Source of the DNA: Myxococcota bacterium
GTDB lineage: Bacteria > Myxococcota_A > UBA796 > CAJQPC01
Assembly (NCBI GenBank): GCA_036012755.1
Contig: DASCPX010000016.1
Coordinates: 128,001-192,000 of the forward strand
Reading direction: 5' to 3'
DNA: 64,000 nt
A program made the translations under genes and the position numbers. This document shows, piece by piece, positions 8,332 to 17,414 of the stretch; position 1 is the first letter of the stretch; the number at the start of each line of letters is the position of its first letter. The notes under the pieces are model-generated. The model had not been told where the DNA came from. It worked only from the letters and a program-made list of their open reading frames with translations, and did no database searches.

Positions 8332-10347
8332 GTGGGCCTCCTCGACGGGCGGGTCGCCGTGATCACCGGTGCCGGCGGGGGCCTGGGGCGCGCCTACGCC
8401 CTGCTCTTCGCCGCAGAGGGTGCCCGGGTGGTCGTCAACGACCTCGGCGGGGACCGGCACGGCAGCGGCACCGACAGCTCCGCGGCAGACCGCGTCGTCG
8501 ATGAGATCCGCGCCGCTGGTGGCGAGGCCGTCGCCGATCACCACAGCGTGGTCGGCGAGGGCGCCGAGATCATCGCCACCGCCCTGCACGAGTACCGCAC
8601 CCTGGACATCCTGGTGAACAACGCCGGGATCCTGCGGGACAAGTCCCTCGTCAAGATGACAGAGGCCATGTGGGACGCAGTGATCGCGGTCCACCTCCGC
8701 GGCACCTTCGAGTGCACCCAGGCCGCAGCGAAGGTCATGCGCGAGCTCCGCTACGGCCGCGTCTTGAACACCAGCTCGCTCTCGGGGCTGATCGGCAACT
8801 TCGGGCAGTCCAACTACGGCGCGGCCAAGGCGGGCGTCGCGGGCTTCACCCGGGTCGTCGCCAAGGAGCTCGCCAGCCGGGGCATCACGGTCAACGCCAT
8901 CGCCCCGATGGCCAAGACGCGGATGACCGAGGAGCTCGACATGGTGCCCTCCTCGATCCGACCGGAGCACATCGCCCCGGTGGCGCTGTGGCTGTGCTCG
9001 GACCTGGCCAGCGAGGTGACCGGGCGGGTCTTCGGCGCGCACGGCGCCCAGGTCTTCGAGTACCGCATGGTGCCCACCCGCGGCGTGACCACGGAGGGCA
9101 CGTGGACCGCCCGAGAGCTGGCCTCGCGCCTCTCGGAGATCGAGGCCCTCGACGGCCTCGAGGTGCCCGAAGAGCCCATCGAGACCACGCGGCGTCCATC
9201 AGAGGCCGCGCGCGCGATCTTCGAGAAGATGCCGGCGGCCTTCGTGCCGGAGAGAGCGGAGGGCTTCTCGGCGGTCATCCACTTCGCCATCGGCTCGGAC
9301 GTCGTCCACACCTTGACCATCGGTGATGGGGTGTGCTCGGGCGCCGAGGGGGCGGTGGGCGAGCCGGACTGCACGCTCACCTACGACAGCGAGCAGGTCT
9401 TCCTCGACACCTCCAGCGGCAAGCTCGACCGGCAAAAGGCCTTCATCGAGGGCCTGGTCCGAGCGGACGACCTCCAGATCCTGATGCGCTTCGCCCAGGT
9501 CCTGGACCCCCGCCGCGCGCGGGGTGAGCGCATCAGGGCCGGCGTGAACCGGGACTGCATCGGCCGCCGCGTCGAGGCCGACCACCGCTTCACCCGCGAG
9601 GAGATGATCGCCTACGCCGAGGCCACCTCTGACCCGAACCCCGGGATCCGATCTGGGGAGCGCGCCCCGCCGCTGGTGTCGGTGCTCCCGTTGATCCGGC
9701 TCGCCGGGATGATCGTGCTCGACCCGGAGCTCGGCGCCGACGTGCTGCGGCTGGTGCACGGCGAGCAGGACCTGCGCTTCCACGCGCCGGTTCCCTCCGG
9801 AGTACCGCTGAAGGTCGACGGGGTGCTCGCGCAGGTGGAGACCAAGGACTCGGGAGAGCTGCTGCGCATCGAGCAGACCCTGGTGGGGCCCGAGGGGCTC
9901 CTGGTCTCTGCGGTGACCAGCTTCTTCATCCGGGCGGCGACCCGCTCCGGCGCGAAGCGGACGAGGCCCCCGGAGCGGGTCGATGCGCCGGCGTTCTCGC
10001 GGACCGTCGATGTCGCCGCCGACCAGTCCCTTCGATACGCCGCAGCGAGCGGAGACCAGAATCCGATCCACACGGACGACGCCACCGCGCGGGCCGCCGG
10101 TCACCCGGGGATGATCCTCCACGGGCTGTGCACCATGGCCTTCGCTGGCCAGGCGGTCGTCGAGGAGCACCTCGGCGGCGACGTCTCGCGCCTGCGCCGG
10201 CTGAAGGTCCGCTTCGACGCGCCTGTGCTGCCGGGACAGCGCCTCACCACCCGGGGCTGGTCGGGTGATGGTGGGGTCGAGTTCACCGTGACCAACGAGG
10301 GCGGCCAGTCGGTGATCACCAAGGGCATCGCGGAGGTCGAGCCATGA
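8332..10347 (+). CDS. Multifunctional SDR (3-hydroxyacyl-CoA dehydrogenase)-SCP2-MaoC (hydratase 2) fusion
   Basis: TGAGGGLG, VVVNDLGG, NNAGILRD, YGAAK; central SCP2-like segment; hydratase-2 motif YAAASGDQNPIH and ILHGLCT. Confidence 0.9.
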   Translation: MGLLDGRVAVITGAGGGLGRAYALLFAAEGARVVVNDLGGDRHGSGTDSSAADRVVDEIRAAGGEAVADHHSVVGEGAEIIATALHEYRTLDILVNNAGILRDKSLVKMTEAMWDAVIAVHLRGTFECTQAAAKVMRELRYGRVLNTSSLSGLIGNFGQSNYGAAKAGVAGFTRVVAKELASRGITVNAIAPMAKTRMTEELDMVPSSIRPEHIAPVALWLCSDLASEVTGRVFGAHGAQVFEYRMVPTRGVTTEGTWTARELASRLSEIEALDGLEVPEEPIETTRRPSEAARAIFEKMPAAFVPERAEGFSAVIHFAIGSDVVHTLTIGDGVCSGAEGAVGEPDCTLTYDSEQVFLDTSSGKLDRQKAFIEGLVRADDLQILMRFAQVLDPRRARGERIRAGVNRDCIGRRVEADHRFTREEMIAYAEATSDPNPGIRSGERAPPLVSVLPLIRLAGMIVLDPELGADVLRLVHGEQDLRFHAPVPSGVPLKVDGVLAQVETKDSGELLRIEQTLVGPEGLLVSAVTSFFIRAATRSGAKRTRPPERVDAPAFSRTVDVAADQSLRYAAASGDQNPIHTDDATARAAGHPGMILHGLCTMAFAGQAVVEEHLGGDVSRLRRLKVRFDAPVLPGQRLTTRGWSGDGGVEFTVTNEGGQSVITKGIAEVEP

Positions 10348-11885
10348 GCATGCGAGAGAAGGTCAGCGAACTCCACGCCCGGCGCGAGAAGATCCGGGAG
10401 ATGGGGGGGGAGAAGCGGGTCGCCCGCCAGCACGACAAGGGCAAGCTCACGGCGCGCGAGCGCATCGACAAGCTGCTCGATCCGGACACCTTCCTGGAGC
10501 TGGGCATCCTGGGCAGCGAGTACGAGCGGCCCCACCTGCCAGCGGACGGTGTGATCACCGGCATCGGTGACATCGACGGCCGCAAGGTCTGCGTCGCCGC
10601 CTACGACTTCACGGTGCGAGGCGGCTCGATCGGCCTGGTGAGCGAGCGCAAGGTCACGCGGCTGCGGGAGATCGCCTTGCGTGACCGCATCCCGATGGTC
10701 TGGCTGGTGGACTCCGCTGGAGCGCGCCTGGACCCCCGGCCAGAGAACATCGAGAAGATCCCGATGTTCGCCGACAGCGGCTACCTCTTCCGCGAGCAGG
10801 TCGTGATGAGCGGGGTCGTGCCGCAGGTCTCGGCGATGGTCGGCCCCGGCTACGCGGGCACGGCCTACATCCCCGGGCTGGCCGACTTCGTGCCCATGGT
10901 GAAGGGCCACAGCGCGATGGCCCTGGCCGGACCGGCGCTGGTCGAGGCCGCCGTCGGCGAGGCGATCTCCGAGGAGGAGCTCGGCGGCTCCGAGCTCCAC
11001 AACCGCCACTCCGGCGTGGCGGACCAGGAGGTGGACAGCGACGAGGACTGCCTGGAGATGGTGCGGGAGTACCTCTCCTTCTTCCCCTCGAGCTGCGAGG
11101 ACAAGCCGCCACGCCGCGAGGGCGCGCCCGGGCGTGGGCTCATCGACGACGCCATCCTGGACGTGCTGCCCGACGACACTCGCTTCACCTACGACATGCG
11201 CAAGCTCGTCCCGATGATCCTCGACGACGGCCTCCTCGAGATGAAGCCGCTCTTCGCTCGCTCGCTGGTGACCGGTCTTGGACGCATCGCCGGCTTCCCG
11301 ATCGGGGTCGTCGCGAACAACCCGAAGTACCTCGGCGGCGTCCTGGACTCCCAGTCCAGCTACAAGGCCGCGCGCTTCGTCAGCCTCTGCGACGCCTTCA
11401 ACATCCCCCTGTTGTTCCTGGTGGACGTGCCGGGCTTCGTGGTCGGCTCCCACGCAGAGAAGAGCGGCATCATCAACGCCGGCTCGCGCATGCTCTTCGA
11501 GGTCGCCCGGGCCACGGTGCCCAAGTTCACGGTGGTCATCCGGAAGGGCTACGGCGCCGGCTACTACGTGATGAACGGCCGCGCCTTCGAGCCAGACCTC
11601 ATCGTCGCCTGGCCGACGGCCGAGATCTCGGTCATGGGCGCGGAGGGCATGCTCGGTATCTCGGGCAACAAACTCCTCCAGCACGCCCCGGATCCAGAGG
11701 CCATGAAGGCCCAGATGATCGAAGCCATCAAGGGCTACATCACGCCCTACCAGGTCGCCCGCCGCGGCCTCGTCGACGACGTCATCGATCCCCGTGAGAC
11801 TCGGAACGTCTTGATCACGGGCCTGGAGATGACCCGCAACAAGCACGTCGAGCGCCCGGCCCGGAGGCACCTCGTCACGCCCTGA
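10344..11885 (+). CDS. Acyl-CoA carboxylase carboxyltransferase (beta) subunit
   Basis: GKLTARERI, DFTVRGGS, SAGARL, ELGG, DVPGF, RKGYG, DDVIDPRETR. Confidence 0.93.
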   Translation: MSMREKVSELHARREKIREMGGEKRVARQHDKGKLTARERIDKLLDPDTFLELGILGSEYERPHLPADGVITGIGDIDGRKVCVAAYDFTVRGGSIGLVSERKVTRLREIALRDRIPMVWLVDSAGARLDPRPENIEKIPMFADSGYLFREQVVMSGVVPQVSAMVGPGYAGTAYIPGLADFVPMVKGHSAMALAGPALVEAAVGEAISEEELGGSELHNRHSGVADQEVDSDEDCLEMVREYLSFFPSSCEDKPPRREGAPGRGLIDDAILDVLPDDTRFTYDMRKLVPMILDDGLLEMKPLFARSLVTGLGRIAGFPIGVVANNPKYLGGVLDSQSSYKAARFVSLCDAFNIPLLFLVDVPGFVVGSHAEKSGIINAGSRMLFEVARATVPKFTVVIRKGYGAGYYVMNGRAFEPDLIVAWPTAEISVMGAEGMLGISGNKLLQHAPDPEAMKAQMIEAIKGYITPYQVARRGLVDDVIDPRETRNVLITGLEMTRNKHVERPARRHLVTP

Positions 11886-11894
11886 GGCGCCCCC

Positions 11895-13094
11895 CTACTT
11901 CGCGGCCTTCGCGGCCCGCAGCGAGGGATAGCCGAAGAGCCTTCGGGCGAGCACGATGCGCTGGATCTCGCCGGTGCCTTCGAAGATGTCGAAGACCTTC
12001 ACGTCCCGGAAGCACTTCTCGATCAGCCGGTCCTGGACACCGGCGAGCCCGGTGACGTCCATGGCCGCCTCGCACGCGAACAGGCCAGCCGGTGGGGCAT
12101 GGACCTTCGCCATCGAGGCCTCCAGCGTGTTGGTCTCGCGGTGGTCCATCTTCCAGGCGGCGCGCCAGCAGAGCAGCCGCGCGGCGTCGAGGCGACGGCG
12201 TGCCTCTGCCAGCCTCTGCAGGGCCAGGACCTCTGCGGTCGCCGTCGGGCGTGAGCCGAAGGCTGCGGCGGCGATCTCCACCGCTCGCTCCCAGGCACAA
12301 CGTCCGATGCCCACCGCCATCGCCGCGACCATCGGCCGCGACAGGTCGAAGGTCGCCATCGCTGTCTTGAAGCCCGACTTCGAGTCGCCGCCGAGCATGT
12401 TGGCGGCCGGCACGCGGCAGTTGTCCAGGAAGAGCGAAGCGGTCTCAGAGGCCGTCAGCCCCATCTTCTTCTCGATGCGGCCCACCCCGAAGCCGGGGGT
12501 CGACTTCTCTACGACGAAGGCACGCTGGCCCGCCCTCCCGAGGGAGGGATCCACCGTGGCGAAGACGATCACCCAGGCGGCCCGGGCTCCGTTCGTGATG
12601 AACATCTTGTCGCCGTCGAGGACGTAGTGATCGCCCTCTCTCCGCGCCGTCGTCCCGATGCGCGCCACGTCGCTTCCCGCGCCCGACTCGGTCGTCGCGT
12701 AGGCTCCCCATGCGGGTCTCTCCGGGTCCGAGAAGGGCTCGTCCAGGAACCTCTTCTTCTGCTCCGGTGTGCCCAGGATGCGCAGCGGCGGTCCGCCCAG
12801 TCCGGGGCCCGGCAGGGACATCATCACGCCCTGGTCCCAGTAGGCGAGCTCCTCGGCCACGATGATCGCGGCTCGACCCACCCGCGAGGGACCGTCGCCC
12901 GAGCCCTTGCCGGTTCCACGAAGGCCGAATCGCAGGCCGGTACGGTTGAAGGCGACGAAGACCGGGTGGTCTTCTGGCAGGGGCTCGCCGAGGGCCTCCG
13001 CCTCCAGCCCGGCGGGCCGGAGGAGGGACTTGCCGACATGTCGCATCATCAGCAGGACGTTGGTGAATCCGGTGTCCAGGGTGGCGTCGATCAT
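11895..13094 (-). CDS. Acyl-CoA dehydrogenase (catalytic subunit)
   Basis: TESGAGSD, GDKMFITNG, KMGL, DIFEGT (MCAD-position Glu); ATGA overlap with the upstream ACAD. Confidence 0.9.
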   Translation of the reverse strand: MIDATLDTGFTNVLLMMRHVGKSLLRPAGLEAEALGEPLPEDHPVFVAFNRTGLRFGLRGTGKGSGDGPSRVGRAAIIVAEELAYWDQGVMMSLPGPGLGGPPLRILGTPEQKKRFLDEPFSDPERPAWGAYATTESGAGSDVARIGTTARREGDHYVLDGDKMFITNGARAAWVIVFATVDPSLGRAGQRAFVVEKSTPGFGVGRIEKKMGLTASETASLFLDNCRVPAANMLGGDSKSGFKTAMATFDLSRPMVAAMAVGIGRCAWERAVEIAAAAFGSRPTATAEVLALQRLAEARRRLDAARLLCWRAAWKMDHRETNTLEASMAKVHAPPAGLFACEAAMDVTGLAGVQDRLIEKCFRDVKVFDIFEGTGEIQRIVLARRLFGYPSLRAAKAAK

Positions 13095-14026
13095 GGGGCC
13101 AGCTCCAGGGCGCTCGGGAGGTTCAAGAGGCCATCGACAGCGTCGGTCTCCGCGGCCAAGGAGCCGCCGAAGAGGGCGCCGATCGCCCGGATGTCGCGCA
13201 TGCGCTTCTCGACCCGGTGGTCGGTCAGGTAGCCGTGGCCGCCCAACACCTGCACCGCGCAGTCGGCCGCGCTGGCGGCGGCGCTGTGGGCGTAGACGAC
13301 CGCGTTGGCCAGGAGCGCCTCGTTCGCATGGCCGCAGACCGATCCCACCAGGAGTTCCGCCGCGTCGAGCTCGGTTGCGCAGTCCGCCAGCTTGAAGGCC
13401 AGGCCCTGGTGGTGGGCGATGGGTCTGCCGAAGGCGACTCGCTCTTGGGCGTACTCCACGGCTGCCCCGTAGGCGTCTCGCGCGGCGCCGAGCATCAGGG
13501 CTGCCGCGAAGACCCGCAGGATCCGCTCGATGTCCGTCGCCTCGATGGCCTGGACCGGGTCGTCCAGCGACACCGAGATGCCCCCACAGGCCCGGAGCCC
13601 GCAGGGCCTCGTCACGGCCTCCCAGCGCGGGTCCTCCACGATCCAGACGCGCTGCCCGACGATCGCGAGCCAGTCCAGCCGCCGGCGAGGCAGCCATGCC
13701 AGCTCGCCGGTGACTCGGCCATCCGAGATCGAGAGGCCTTCTTCCACCACGATCGCGCCGAGGCCCGGGCGCTCGAGCCCCGGCCACCGACCGAGTCCCA
13801 GGGGCGCGGAGGGGTCGGCCTCGGCCAGCTTCGCCCAGATCGACATGCGCGTCCCCAGCGGGAGCTCCTCGAGGTCCGCGAAGCCCAGCTCCTCGTACTG
13901 CGCGCACAGCTCGGCCGGGTAGCCGCTGTCCTCGTGTTCCCGCTCCTGCTCGCGCAGCACGGCGCCGAAGCGCGAGGCGGCGTCGAGGAACATCTGCTCC
14001 TCTTCGGTGAGGGTGAAGTCGATCAC
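13091..14026 (-). CDS. Short degenerate acyl-CoA dehydrogenase (probable partner subunit)
   Basis: MIDFTLTEEE; ERVAFGRPIAHHQG; VQVLGGHGY; lacks TEP and EGT motifs; 311 aa. Confidence 0.82.
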   Translation of the reverse strand: MIDFTLTEEEQMFLDAASRFGAVLREQEREHEDSGYPAELCAQYEELGFADLEELPLGTRMSIWAKLAEADPSAPLGLGRWPGLERPGLGAIVVEEGLSISDGRVTGELAWLPRRRLDWLAIVGQRVWIVEDPRWEAVTRPCGLRACGGISVSLDDPVQAIEATDIERILRVFAAALMLGAARDAYGAAVEYAQERVAFGRPIAHHQGLAFKLADCATELDAAELLVGSVCGHANEALLANAVVYAHSAAASAADCAVQVLGGHGYLTDHRVEKRMRDIRAIGALFGGSLAAETDAVDGLLNLPSALELAP

Positions 14027-14042
14027 TCCTGGCTCCTGTGTT

Positions 14043-14067
14043 AAGTACGAGGTGTCACCTGATACTT
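14043..14067. promoter_or_regulatory. Palindromic operator copy 5 (divergent ACAD/thiolase)
   Basis: AAGTACGAGGTG-T-CACCTGATACTT. Confidence 0.85.
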
Positions 14068-14086
14068 TAGCAAGGCCGGAGTACTC

Positions 14087-15241
14087 GTGCACATCTCGAT
14101 CAGCGGTGTCGGAGCGGTCCCCGTGACCCGCGAGCTGTCCCGTCCGATCCCGGATCTCTGCGCCCAGGTGGCGCGCGAGGCGATGGCCGACGCGGGGCTG
14201 GGCCGAGACGACATCGACGGGCTGTTCGTCACCCCCGCCGCCATGTCCGGTGAGCCCTGGCTGATGTGGGCCGCCAACCTCTCCGAGTTCCTGGGCATCC
14301 CCACCCGCCACCTCGGGCTCTACGAAAACGGTGGCGCCAGCTCGATGCTCGCCCTGCGGAGCGCCATGGACGCCGTCGCCAGCGGGCGCATCGACCACGC
14401 CCTGGTCATCGCCTCGGACACCCGCCCGGACTTCGACTCCAGTCGCTACGAGGCCTTCCTGCGGGTGGTCACTCAGCAAGCCACTGCGCTCTATGGGCCC
14501 TTCCACGCGATCATGGGCCTGGGCACGCCGATCCCCATCTACGCCATGAGCGCCCAGCGCTACCAGCACGAGTACGGCGCCACGGACGAGGACCTCGCCC
14601 GGGTCTCGGTGCGCCTCCGCGGCCACGCCTCCGAGCATCCGCTGGCTCAGTTCCGCAAGCCCATCACCGTCGAAGAGGTCCTCTCCAGTCGCCTCCTGTC
14701 CCCGCCCATTCGCCTGCTGCAGGCCGCCGGGATCTCCAGCGGGGCCTGCGCGGTGGTCGTGAGCCGCGGCCAGGGCGTGCCCATCACCGGCTACGGCGAG
14801 TACCACGACCCCAGCCACTTCATCCCTCGAGACGCGCCCCTGACCCGCTTCGTGTCCGTCGTCGAGGCTGCGAGCGAGGCATTCTCCCAAGCCGGGCGCC
14901 GGCCCGAGCAGGTCGACGTCGCGGAGATCTACGGGGTCTTCGCCGCCACCGAGCTCATGCTCTACGAGGACCTCGGCTTCTGCGAAAAAGGAGAAGGCGC
15001 CGCGTTCGCCAACGGCGGTCACACGACCTGGGGCGGCGATCTGGTCGTCAATCCCACCGGAGGTCGCATCAGCTTCGGGCATCCGGCCGGCGCCACGCCG
15101 ATCTACGAGCTGATCGAGGTCGTCCGCCAGCTCCGAGGCGATGCCCCTGGCCGGCAGGTCCCGGGCGCCCGGGTCGGCCTCGTGCACGCCGAACACGGCA
15201 TGATGAACGGCTCCGTCGTCATGCTGTTGGAGGCTGCGTGA
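14087..15241 (+). CDS. SCP-x/Ltp-type thiolase-superfamily protein lacking the N-terminal catalytic Cys
   Basis: ENGGASS in place of ENACAS; AEIYGVF; YEDLGFC; NPTGG; GHPAGAT. Confidence 0.87.
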   Translation: MHISISGVGAVPVTRELSRPIPDLCAQVAREAMADAGLGRDDIDGLFVTPAAMSGEPWLMWAANLSEFLGIPTRHLGLYENGGASSMLALRSAMDAVASGRIDHALVIASDTRPDFDSSRYEAFLRVVTQQATALYGPFHAIMGLGTPIPIYAMSAQRYQHEYGATDEDLARVSVRLRGHASEHPLAQFRKPITVEEVLSSRLLSPPIRLLQAAGISSGACAVVVSRGQGVPITGYGEYHDPSHFIPRDAPLTRFVSVVEAASEAFSQAGRRPEQVDVAEIYGVFAATELMLYEDLGFCEKGEGAAFANGGHTTWGGDLVVNPTGGRISFGHPAGATPIYELIEVVRQLRGDAPGRQVPGARVGLVHAEHGMMNGSVVMLLEAA

Positions 15242-15648
15242 ACCTGCTCGACGAGTTCAGCGCCCGGTCGCTGTCGCACTTCGGCAACGAGGGCTTCGTG
15301 GAGTTCAGCCGACGCCTGCGCGAGGACGGCCAGGTCTGCTGCACCCGCTGCACGGCCTGCGACAGCCGCGTCTTCCCCCCGCGCAGCCACTGCCCGGACT
15401 GTCTCGGCGAGGAGCTCGGGTGGGAGCCCTTCCCCACCGGCGGCACCATCCACGCCTTCACCACCCAGGCCCGGGCCCTGCGCTTCGCCGCCCCGGCGGT
15501 GATCGGCGTCGTCGACGTGCCAGGCCTGGGCAAGGTCCTCGCCCCCATCGCCGGGAGGATGGAGGAGCTCTCCATCGGGCAGCGGGTCGAGCCAGAGGTC
15601 ATCGAGGCCGCAGAGGGCATCGCCTACTTCCGCTTCGTGGCCACCTGA
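15238..15648 (+). CDS. DUF35-type Zn-ribbon/OB-fold protein
   Basis: CTAC...FPPRSHCPDC, GTIHAFT; GTGA overlap with the thiolase stop. Confidence 0.88.
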   Translation: MNLLDEFSARSLSHFGNEGFVEFSRRLREDGQVCCTRCTACDSRVFPPRSHCPDCLGEELGWEPFPTGGTIHAFTTQARALRFAAPAVIGVVDVPGLGKVLAPIAGRMEELSIGQRVEPEVIEAAEGIAYFRFVAT

Positions 15649-17414
15649 TGCTCGCGGGCAGCTGCAGCACCGTCGTCGAGCTCTTCCGCAGGCGGGTGGA
15701 GGCCTCCGGGAAGCACCCGATGTACCGCGTCAAGCGAGGCGGATCCTGGGAGGTCACGACCTGGCGCCAGTTCGGCGACCGGGCCGAGGCCATCGCCGCC
15801 GCGCTGCACGAGTGGGGCCTGCGGCGTGGCGACTCGGTGGCGATCATGGGGGACACCAACCCGGGCTGGGTCGAGGCCGACATGGCCTCGTTGCTCCTGG
15901 GCGCGCGGGTGGTCGGCGTCTACCAGAACCTCCTCCTCGACCAGGTCCAGTACCTCCTCGAGGACGCCGGCTGCCGCCTCGTCTTCGTGCAGGGACGACA
16001 GGCCCTGGAGCTCGTCTCGCCGCTGCTTCAGACGGTCGAGACGCTGGAGGGGGTGATCGCCTGGGGCACCGAGCACGAGACCACCCTCGACGGACTCGCC
16101 TCCCGGGCCCTCGACCCGGCGCCGGTCCGAGAGGCCCAGGCGACCCTGCAGCCCGAAGACGACGTGCTGGTGGTCTACACCAGCGGCACCACCGGCCAGC
16201 CCAAGGGCGTGCCGCTCAACAGCCGGAACATCCTGGCCATGTTGTTCGCGGGCGAGAGCCTCGTCGACCACGTCGGGCCAGCGGACATCACCCTGTCCTT
16301 CCTGCCGATGGCGCACGTCGCCGAGCACGTCCCCGGCTTCTTCGGCCGCATGAACCTGGGGCTCCAGACCGCCTACGCCACCAACTACGACACCGTCCTC
16401 GACGAGCTGCAGGAGATCCGCCCCACCATCTTCGGCGGCGTGCCGCGCATCTTCGAGAAGATGTACGGGCGCATCCACGAGCGGGTGGCCCGGGCCTCGC
16501 CCAGGCGCCAGCGGCTGTTCGTCTGGGCCAAGGCGCTGGCGGTGCGAAAGGCCCGCGAAGAGATGTCGCTGCTGGACTGGCTGCTCTACCCGGTGGCGGA
16601 TGTGCTGGTCTATCGCCGCCTCAGGGCTGTCTTCGGCGGCCGCGTGAGGGGCTTCCTCACCGGATCGGCGCCCATCAACATCGAGATCCTGGAGTTCTTC
16701 TACGGCGTCGGAATGGTCATCATCGAGTGCTACGGCATGTCCGAGTGCAGCGCCATCAGCTTCTCCAACAGCGCCGAGGATCTCCGGCTGGGCACGGTCG
16801 GCAGGGCCCTGCCGGGGGTCGAGTGCCGCATCGCCTCCGACGGCGAGATCTGGCTCCGCGGCCCGGCTGTCTTCGCCGGCTACCTCAACCAGCCAGGGGC
16901 TGCCCGCTTCGACGAGGAGGGCTGGTTCCCCACCGGAGACATCGGAGACCTCGACGCCGACGGCTACCTGCGCATCACCGACCGCAAGAAGAACCTGATC
17001 AAGACCGCTGGCGGCAAGTACGTGGCCCCCGCTCGACTGGAGGCGCTCATCAAGGAGGAGCCCCTGGTCAGCCAGGTCTACGTGCACGGCGACCGGCGGC
17101 CCTATGTCGTCGCGCTGGTCACCCTGGACGAGCGAGAGACCGGCAGGGTGGCAGAGGAGCTCGGCCTGAGCGAGGCAGAGCTGCCCGAGTCCCCAGAGGT
17201 CCTTCGCCGCATCTCGGTCGCCGTCGAGCGCGCCAACGCACGCCTCGCCCGCTTCGAGCAGCTGAAGGCACACGCGGTGCTGCCCCGGGACTTCAGCCTC
17301 GAGGAGGGCACGGTCACGCCGACCTTGAAGATCAAGCGTCGGGTCGTGGCCGAGCGCTACGCAGACGAGATCGAGGCGCTCTACCTCAGGGGTCGAGGCA
17401 GCGCTCCCGGCTGA
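15648..17414 (+). CDS. Long-chain fatty acid-CoA ligase (AMP-dependent synthetase)
   Basis: YTSGTTGQPKG, SFLPMAH, YGMSE, TGDIG, DRKKNLIKTAGGKYVAP, TPTLKIKR. Confidence 0.94.
   Translation: MLAGSCSTVVELFRRRVEASGKHPMYRVKRGGSWEVTTWRQFGDRAEAIAAALHEWGLRRGDSVAIMGDTNPGWVEADMASLLLGARVVGVYQNLLLDQVQYLLEDAGCRLVFVQGRQALELVSPLLQTVETLEGVIAWGTEHETTLDGLASRALDPAPVREAQATLQPEDDVLVVYTSGTTGQPKGVPLNSRNILAMLFAGESLVDHVGPADITLSFLPMAHVAEHVPGFFGRMNLGLQTAYATNYDTVLDELQEIRPTIFGGVPRIFEKMYGRIHERVARASPRRQRLFVWAKALAVRKAREEMSLLDWLLYPVADVLVYRRLRAVFGGRVRGFLTGSAPINIEILEFFYGVGMVIIECYGMSECSAISFSNSAEDLRLGTVGRALPGVECRIASDGEIWLRGPAVFAGYLNQPGAARFDEEGWFPTGDIGDLDADGYLRITDRKKNLIKTAGGKYVAPARLEALIKEEPLVSQVYVHGDRRPYVVALVTLDERETGRVAEELGLSEAELPESPEVLRRISVAVERANARLARFEQLKAHAVLPRDFSLEEGTVTPTLKIKRRVVAERYADEIEALYLRGRGSAPG

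Noticed and set aside
10403..10410. G8 tract in the carboxyltransferase as a phase-variation site
   Set aside because: Frame is intact and encodes the expected MGG motif
156..17414. Calling the island a complete steroid degradation pathway
   Set aside because: No ring-opening genes recognisable; substrate cannot be determined from the sequence
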